In this document: positions 57,377 to 64,000 of the stretch, in pieces
Layout of the letters: every line of letters starts with the position of its first letter
How positions within the stretch are numbered: the first letter of the stretch is position 1
Source of the DNA: Mayamaea pseudoterrestris
Taxonomy: Eukaryota
Direction: 5' to 3'
DNA: 64,000 nt
Assembly (NCBI GenBank): GCA_027923505.1
Contig: BROI01000007.1
Location: forward strand, 1,054,001 to 1,118,000
The notes under the pieces: model-generated
The model's database searches: none
What the model was told of the DNA's origin: nothing
What the model saw: the letters and a program-made list of their open reading frames with translations, nothing else
Program-made: the position numbers and the translations under genes

Positions 57377-58714
57377 ATGCAAACGAATAACAAGTGGATG
57401 GATGATTGCATGAATCGGGTGCTTGATGAGCGCCGAAGGAAAGGCACTCTACGAAGCCTTTCCGCATGCTCATCCGACCCGCAGCCTCATGATGGGGCTG
57501 AAGCTGCGACGAACCAGATTGACTTTTCCAGCAATGACTACCTTGGACTAGCTCGCGAATCGGAGCAAACCGCAATGGTTGCGTCTGCCTTGACACAAGC
57601 AGATGCAATGCCGCTGGGCGCCACTGGCTCTCGCTTGCTTTCGGGCGATTCATTGGCTCACCAACAACTGGAAGACTACCTTGCCATGGTCCATTGTCAA
57701 CCGGCAGCCCTCCTTTGCAACTCTGGCTACGATGCCAATTTGTCAGTCGTTTCTAGTCTAACATGTGACTGCATTATTTACGACGAATACATTCACAACT
57801 CGCTGCATATGGGCCTTCGACTATGGAAGGCAAAGACGAGTAGTCAAGGCAAACATGACAACAACAACAAGACTTGCGCTAGTTTTTTGCACAACGACTT
57901 GAATGATTTACAAAAGCAGCTGCAATCATACTCGAATCATACCGTTGTCGTCGTAGTGGAAAGCGTCTATAGCATGGACGGTGACATCGCGCCGCTGCGC
58001 CAAATGCTAAATCTTTGCCAACAATTTCATGCCATGCTGGTGGTCGACGAAGCGCATGGCTTGGGTTTCTGTGGAGGTCCGCCAGCGTCTACAATCAAGA
58101 ATAACTATACTGGAACTGGCGTCTTAGCAAGAGAAAATGTACAAAATCACCCCAACTTGCATTGCTCAATTCATACCTTTGGCAAGGCAGCCGGATGCCA
58201 CGGTGCAGTCGTATGTGGATCCAAACTACTGAAGCAATATCTCGTCAATTACGCATATCCTTTTATATACTCGACCGCCTTGCCTCCGCATTCGCTCGTC
58301 GTTATCAAGTGTGCCTACGAAACCATGACAGGGCCGCGAGGAGATGCACTGCGCGACAAACTAAACCAGCTCATTACATTGTTTCGAAAGAATCTCACGG
58401 CGCATTTGCGCGCAATTTACTGTCCCTCCATCAAGCTACTTGCGTCAAACACGCCAATCCAAGCGCTCATGGTGCCCGGCAATGAACAGTGTACACAATT
58501 CTGTCAGCAACTCTATGCTGCATCAACCAAGCGTATTGTATTGTATCCCATCAAGACACCGACAGTTCCAGCTGGTCAGGAGAGAGTTCGCATCATTATT
58601 CATGCGCATAATACAGTTGAACAAGTGCTTATGCTAGTTGATCTCATCAAGACGACACTCAACGACATGGCCCTATCGCGTCGCCATGACATGTTACTCC
58701 AATCTAAATTATAG
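57377..58714 (+). CDS. bioF: 8-amino-7-oxononanoate synthase (biotin synthesis)
   Basis: Motifs DFSSNDYLGL, GATGSRLLSG, SGYDAN, ESVYSMDGD, VDEAH and TFGKA (PLP lysine). Confidence 0.93.
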   Translation: MQTNNKWMDDCMNRVLDERRRKGTLRSLSACSSDPQPHDGAEAATNQIDFSSNDYLGLARESEQTAMVASALTQADAMPLGATGSRLLSGDSLAHQQLEDYLAMVHCQPAALLCNSGYDANLSVVSSLTCDCIIYDEYIHNSLHMGLRLWKAKTSSQGKHDNNNKTCASFLHNDLNDLQKQLQSYSNHTVVVVVESVYSMDGDIAPLRQMLNLCQQFHAMLVVDEAHGLGFCGGPPASTIKNNYTGTGVLARENVQNHPNLHCSIHTFGKAAGCHGAVVCGSKLLKQYLVNYAYPFIYSTALPPHSLVVIKCAYETMTGPRGDALRDKLNQLITLFRKNLTAHLRAIYCPSIKLLASNTPIQALMVPGNEQCTQFCQQLYAASTKRIVLYPIKTPTVPAGQERVRIIIHAHNTVEQVLMLVDLIKTTLNDMALSRRHDMLLQSKL

Positions 58715-59291
58715 GTTGATTAAGACGCATAATATGCCAGTCTCGTTACGTCAAGCCGTTTATAGTATGAAACATGTTTCATACTCTCGGTCTCTCAACG
58801 TGACACCAAGCCGGTTATTGTACATGTTCCATACTTTCGGCCTCTCAACAGCGATCGTCTATATATATAGTCACAACCAAATCTCGAAAAAAAACGGTTG
58901 CAATCATGCGACTGATCTTGATAGTGTAGTCTCTACAAACAACCTTTCGTCATGTATTTTTAATACCGCTACGACTTAATTTGAATTCGATAGCCAATCA
59001 GAAACTGGTCATTTTCCGTGAATTGCAAATGACTCTTCTGCACGACACGACGATGCCCTTCGATCCTGTAAAATGCTTGCGACACCCATCAGGGAGACCA
59101 AGCTGGATCCGATTGGAACATTGCACTGCCATAAGGACCTATCGGAAGGTGCTGCCTGTCGTAGGAGCAAAGCAAGAGTTGTCTGCAGCAGCGAGTGACG
59201 TCAAAAGTGCGCCAGCCATTGAGACAGCAATCAACGTCGACACGGCGGCATCCAGAAAGCTCTAGCAACAACAAGGTTATTCACGTGAATT

Positions 59292-62200
59292 ATGTCGGAA
59301 CCCCCAAACGAAGAGCCGAGCGGCATCAAGGCTCGACTCTTGGCCTATCAGCAAGCTGCCAAGACTAAACGAGCCTTGAAGAAACAACGGAGCAGTGAAA
59401 ACTTGACGGAGATGATGAATGCATCGACTGGACAATTGGCAAGGAATTTGGAGGAGGCTGCCAAGGCGCGAAAGGAACACAATAAGCGACCATCGCTAGT
59501 CGGTAAATTGGATTCGTCAAAAATGGCCAAATTTCATGATTCGGGCGCTGGCTTGAATGATTCTGGCAATGTCAACTCGCATTCAAATCTTGTCATTGAC
59601 GAGGAGCGCGAGCAGCGTGAAGCATCTGAAAAATTAAACAAGATGCTTGGGGCAGTCGATGGTGGAAATAGCAGCAGCAGCAATCTTGATCACGCCAGTC
59701 GACACCAGCTGCCCGAATTTAGTACGGCACGGACTCGGTACTTGAGCGCCGTTCAAAAGCTTGTGCCGGCGCCACTGCCGGATCAAAAGGGAGACGAAAA
59801 GAAAAAGGCGATTGAACGAGAAAAGGTAAAGAAACAAGCCTATGGATCGCTGAAAATGGCATGGGATCAGTTTGAAGTCGTTGCCAAGGATCGTCCTCGC
59901 GAGCCGACGGAAGCCGAGCTTAGAATCAAGGCAGAAATGGCTCAACTGGAAGATCGCATTGACAAGGAGTGGGTACAATATGCTGAAAAGGTTGTGAAAC
60001 GAGCCGTTGCTGATGGAGATACCGATGAGGCCGAAATTGGGCAGTGGAAGAATGAAGTTGTGAACATGCAGAAGGAGTCGGAAGTCAGACGAAAACAGAA
60101 AATTAAGCAACAAAAAATCGAGGAAGAAAAGTATTGGAAAGACGAGACAGAACGGCTTCGAGCTGAGCTTAAGGACGAGAGTGAACTGGGCAGTGATGAA
60201 GAGTGGGAATCGGATACAGAAGCGGTTCAAGACGTGAAGGACGAATCTGAACGATCGCAGAAGGAAGTTGCTCTATTGGAGACGCGCACCATTTCACCTC
60301 TCGTAATGTCGCCAAAAGCGATTGTGACGTCGCCATCCAAGGTGTCTCACGTTGCTGAAAAAAGTTCTCCGAAACACGCTCGTGCGTCATCAAGCATTGC
60401 CGAGAAAGCCAAAATGTTTGCTTCCCCAAAGCAGTTCGGCAAGCCGCCCGTTAAACCACCGCTGAGCGTGTCGGAAAGAACGCAGAAGCTTTTTCCTCAG
60501 AAAGCACCACTTATTGAGCCACCAGCGGAGCAAGCACCGATGATTGACCCCCGTACAGAAAAGGCCACCACCGTTCCGATGAAAAGGTTTACCAGGAAGG
60601 TCACCCCGGTCAAAAAGGAATGCCTTGCAATTGACAAAAAGCTTGAAAAGCTGATATCGTTAATGAGTGAAGTCGATGGCTCTAAGACAATACCGAGAGA
60701 CGATGGCGAAGTACGGCAGCGCTATATTGAATGCGTCTATAAACTGATTCCATCAGAAATCCCCACTAACTTGAATGCTTCGGCCAAGCTTGTGCGCCTT
60801 GAGGCTGAGTCCAAAAAGAAATTACTTTACAAGCGCCTCCAGACAGCTTGGGACTCGTATGAACTCACAACAATGTGCCGGCAAACCCGGAATAAGGTGG
60901 CGGATGGCAAGATAAGTCGTGCCGAGGACATTGTTGATTCTGCCTGGATTGGATTCGCCAAGTCGGTAGTCGCTGCCGCTGCCACGGAAACTGTTAGTGA
61001 TAATGTTTACAATTACGAGATTGATAAGTGGAAGGCAGAAGCTTTACGTCTCAAAGCGCTCTGCGTAAAGCGCAAACGCCGCAAAGGGCGAAAGGTCACA
61101 AAAGCTGAGGCTGAAGCGGCAACGGCGGCTTCACGCGGCGATCTTATGGACAACCTGGATGAGTTGGTATATAGGAACGTTCATGCTATGGCGCTCCCTC
61201 CCTATAAGAGACTGACGGTTGATGAGCTGGACGTTTATGAACAACACATTTTTGAGGCGGTCCAGAGTGCGAAGCCGGAAACTATTCGCAAACAAGACTC
61301 GTCGTCCAATGGCGACGAGGATCCAAAGTCAAGGATCATTGTTGATGCCAGAAAGAAAGCAAGTAGCAGGGCTGTTGCTAAGCTCAGTACGCTCTTGTCG
61401 GGATGCGATGGTAAAGCGAAGAAGACCGTCACTTATACTGAAGCGAAAAGTCGATATATTGCAGCAGTCCGTAAGCTTGCGCCTTCCGATATTCCCGCGA
61501 GTACGTCGGGACCAGCGAGAGATAAGTATCTCCGTGAAGAAGCCAAGAAGATGAAGAAATACGAGAAATTGAAGTCAACATGGGATGTGTATGAGTCAAC
61601 CTTGGATCCAAAGCAGATACCAGTGAAAGAGGAGAAGAGAGTTGACACTGTCGAAGCTCTAGTTGACAGCGCCTGGGCAGGTTTTGCAAAGACGCTTCTG
61701 CGAGAGGCTGACGGAATAAGCGAAGATTTTGACGGCGAGGTGGACAAATGGAGGACCGAAGCTATGAGGTTGAAATCTCAAGCTGTAGCTCGGAAGCGTC
61801 GAAAGAAACGCTTCGTTTCCAAAAACGAGGCCGCGATAGCAGCGGCCGCTGCAGTTGGAATGGTTTTAGACGACGATGATTTAGACGAGCACGTTTACCG
61901 CCATTTGAGTGCGTCACGCCCACAAGATGTCGATGACGATCAATATGAAGGGATGATATTTGACAAAATTGCTCAGGGTCGACCTGGCATGGGCAATCCT
62001 TGGGATAATCTTTCCGATTCAGAGGAGGAAATTGTTATTGGCGAGGCCGTCATTGAGCGCCCAGAGCTGCTTGTAGGGACCGCTTTTGATGACAGCATTA
62101 GCAGAGACACATATTTTGACGAACATCAGTTTGGTTCGATTAATGGATTGCGAGTTGGCTATGGAAATCCTTGGGATGACTTATCCGACAACGAAGGAAC

Positions 62201-64000
62201 TATGCCTGACGATGTCGCAACATTGGAAGAGTCAACGAAAGGGAAGCTCGGTAGGATGGTATCTGAGGTGCTTGGGGAAGAACTGGCTCCAACGTCCTAT
62301 GCTGATGCACGCTCGCTATATGTTGCTGCCGTAAAACGTCTTGCACCTTCGGACATTCAACATGGTCTGAAAGGAGACGCCAAGAAAAATGCCCTACTGC
62401 AAGAAGCTCGAAAGAAAGAAGAGTACGCCGTTTTGAAACGAACTTTTGATGCATATGAAATGGTTGCGCGTGATAAACCAATGAATGACAACGTTGGAGA
62501 AGCAGAAGTTGCGAGAATTGAAGACCTTGCAGATACGAGCTGGGTAGGCTTTGCCAAGACGGTAATAAAACAAGCGGAAGCTGATGGCGATGCTAGCGAA
62601 GAATATCAAGATGAGATTGATAAATGGAAAAGCGAAGCATTGCGAATGAAAGCGCTTGCCCTTGCTCGCAAACGCCGCAAGAAGCGCACAGTCACAAAAC
62701 AGGAAGCTGCAATCGCCACAGCTGCTGCTGCTGGTTTCGACGATGGGGAGGATGACTACGATGAGCGAGTTTTTCGTTCGGTGGCCAATTGTCGTCCTGG
62801 TATGGCAAGCCCATGGGATGATTTAAGTGATAACGAGGCTAACCTTAATTCTCTGGAACGTGGCAACAATGCTGAAGAGGAGGAAGAACCAGTATATGGC
62901 GCAATAAATAGTTATCGCGTTGGAGGTCACAATCCCTGGGACGATTTATCAGATAATGAGGAAGAATCAGCGAAACCATCTGCGCCGCACGAAAAATGCT
63001 CTGATAAGCTCGTAAGTATTCTTGATCAAGTTAATGGCGAAAAAGCTATCACGAGAGATTATCATTCTTTGCGGAGTCGCTATATTCAAGCAGTTCATCA
63101 GTTGGCTCCGTCAAGAATTCCCGCGGGTTCCAGCTTTGCAGGCGCGAAGAATATGCTGTTGACGGAAGCCAAGAAGAAGGAGCAATACGAAACGCTGAAG
63201 AAGCAGTGGGACATTTACGAAATCACTACCAAAGATAAATTAGTAGGCGACATGGACGGCGAGAGAAAGGTCAACAGAGCTGAGGATCTCATCGACACTT
63301 GCTGGGTGGGCTTTGCGAAAACTGTTGTGGCCTGTGCGCAAGGAAGCCAAATGGATGCGGATTCCGAATACAAAGATGAAATTGACAAGTGGAAATCTGA
63401 AGCAAGGCGATTGAAAGCCCAAGCATTAAAAAGGAAACGACGCAAAGGTCGGAAATTCACAAAGAGAGAATCTGAGGAAGCACTTTCAGCCGAAAAAGCG
63501 CAAGACAATAGCAACTATGACGAGGAAATATACGTTCAAGTATGCGCATCAGCGGCCGACAAAAGCTTCGCCAACAATGTCGAGTTTGATCAATATGAGG
63601 ATCAAGTGTATGCGTCGTTAAGTTCGCTTCGACCGGGCATGGGCAACTTCTGGGATGATATTTCTGATTCTGAAGAGGATCCACAATCAAAGAAACTCGC
63701 AGACTTAAAAATAAAAGAAGAAACAAAGTCAACGGAGGCTCTCTCGGCCGTTATATCAACTGTATGTGGCGGTGACAGTGTTGTGAAGAGCTACAGTTCC
63801 GCCCGATCACTTTACGTAAAAGCGTTGCAAAAGCTAGCCCCAGCAAAGCTGCCGAAAGCATCGGTAGGCATTGCAAAAAAGAACTTTCTGATAGAAGAGT
63901 CGAGGAAGAAAGATCTGTATGACAAGCTTACGGAGGCGTTCGATCGATATGAAATTAGTCTTGTCGAGCGACCACGAGATATTGAAGCTGAAAGGAAGTT
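59292..64000 (+). CDS. Very large uncharacterised repeat protein (>1569 aa, partial, intronless within the window)
   Basis: Frame read by hand from ATG 59292 (MSEPPNEEPSGIKARLLAYQQAA) to the window edge with no stop. Six internal repeats are conserved at protein level with synonymous divergence. Confidence 0.92.
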   Translation, partial: MSEPPNEEPSGIKARLLAYQQAAKTKRALKKQRSSENLTEMMNASTGQLARNLEEAAKARKEHNKRPSLVGKLDSSKMAKFHDSGAGLNDSGNVNSHSNLVIDEEREQREASEKLNKMLGAVDGGNSSSSNLDHASRHQLPEFSTARTRYLSAVQKLVPAPLPDQKGDEKKKAIEREKVKKQAYGSLKMAWDQFEVVAKDRPREPTEAELRIKAEMAQLEDRIDKEWVQYAEKVVKRAVADGDTDEAEIGQWKNEVVNMQKESEVRRKQKIKQQKIEEEKYWKDETERLRAELKDESELGSDEEWESDTEAVQDVKDESERSQKEVALLETRTISPLVMSPKAIVTSPSKVSHVAEKSSPKHARASSSIAEKAKMFASPKQFGKPPVKPPLSVSERTQKLFPQKAPLIEPPAEQAPMIDPRTEKATTVPMKRFTRKVTPVKKECLAIDKKLEKLISLMSEVDGSKTIPRDDGEVRQRYIECVYKLIPSEIPTNLNASAKLVRLEAESKKKLLYKRLQTAWDSYELTTMCRQTRNKVADGKISRAEDIVDSAWIGFAKSVVAAAATETVSDNVYNYEIDKWKAEALRLKALCVKRKRRKGRKVTKAEAEAATAASRGDLMDNLDELVYRNVHAMALPPYKRLTVDELDVYEQHIFEAVQSAKPETIRKQDSSSNGDEDPKSRIIVDARKKASSRAVAKLSTLLSGCDGKAKKTVTYTEAKSRYIAAVRKLAPSDIPASTSGPARDKYLREEAKKMKKYEKLKSTWDVYESTLDPKQIPVKEEKRVDTVEALVDSAWAGFAKTLLREADGISEDFDGEVDKWRTEAMRLKSQAVARKRRKKRFVSKNEAAIAAAAAVGMVLDDDDLDEHVYRHLSASRPQDVDDDQYEGMIFDKIAQGRPGMGNPWDNLSDSEEEIVIGEAVIERPELLVGTAFDDSISRDTYFDEHQFGSINGLRVGYGNPWDDLSDNEGTMPDDVATLEESTKGKLGRMVSEVLGEELAPTSYADARSLYVAAVKRLAPSDIQHGLKGDAKKNALLQEARKKEEYAVLKRTFDAYEMVARDKPMNDNVGEAEVARIEDLADTSWVGFAKTVIKQAEADGDASEEYQDEIDKWKSEALRMKALALARKRRKKRTVTKQEAAIATAAAAGFDDGEDDYDERVFRSVANCRPGMASPWDDLSDNEANLNSLERGNNAEEEEEPVYGAINSYRVGGHNPWDDLSDNEEESAKPSAPHEKCSDKLVSILDQVNGEKAITRDYHSLRSRYIQAVHQLAPSRIPAGSSFAGAKNMLLTEAKKKEQYETLKKQWDIYEITTKDKLVGDMDGERKVNRAEDLIDTCWVGFAKTVVACAQGSQMDADSEYKDEIDKWKSEARRLKAQALKRKRRKGRKFTKRESEEALSAEKAQDNSNYDEEIYVQVCASAADKSFANNVEFDQYEDQVYASLSSLRPGMGNFWDDISDSEEDPQSKKLADLKIKEETKSTEALSAVISTVCGGDSVVKSYSSARSLYVKALQKLAPAKLPKASVGIAKKNFLIEESRKKDLYDKLTEAFDRYEISLVERPRDIEAERK

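Noticed and set aside
59634..63732. Several short ORFs listed on both strands in the last 5 kb
   Set aside because: They are shadows of the single long plus-strand ORF starting at 59292.

Overview
This is eukaryotic, gene-dense DNA (~50% GC) with short GT-AG introns. The gene content (SELMA-type Ufd1, secreted alpha-carbonic anhydrases, LLELALWK-family genes, CoDi-like retroelement) points to a diatom, probably a pennate. Positions 1-6.8 kb hold a minus-strand Ty1/copia LTR retrotransposon: 5' LTR, gag, and a separate +1-frame pol (protease-integrase-RT) that runs off the left edge. About 30 protein genes follow, mostly housekeeping: NudC-like, CapZ-alpha, PEPCK, PPR, mitochondrial EF-Tu, RPL7A, IMP3, CCT, TSR3, two tandem alpha-CAs, ABC1 kinase, PILS transporter, small Tim, citrate synthase, Qc-SNARE, ADP/ATP-type carrier, Ufd1, UBL-WLM, CWF19L1, ARL2 and BioF. 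The strongest leads are: (i) an intronless ORF of more than 1569 codons from 59292 to the right edge, absent from the ORF track, built from at least 6 copies of an unrecognised helical domain with NPWDDLSD linkers; (ii) a Cu/Zn-SOD-fold gene whose metal-binding His residues are replaced by Cys/Val/Met; (iii) a 1050-bp TIR element with palindromic 30-bp subterminal arrays between the two CA genes; (iv) an inverted, truncated relic of the same LTR family at 46.0-46.9 kb, which suggests non-canonical LTR ends; (v) a large secreted Arg-rich/PSxxP protein. All calls come from reading the sequence by eye; no database searches were run.
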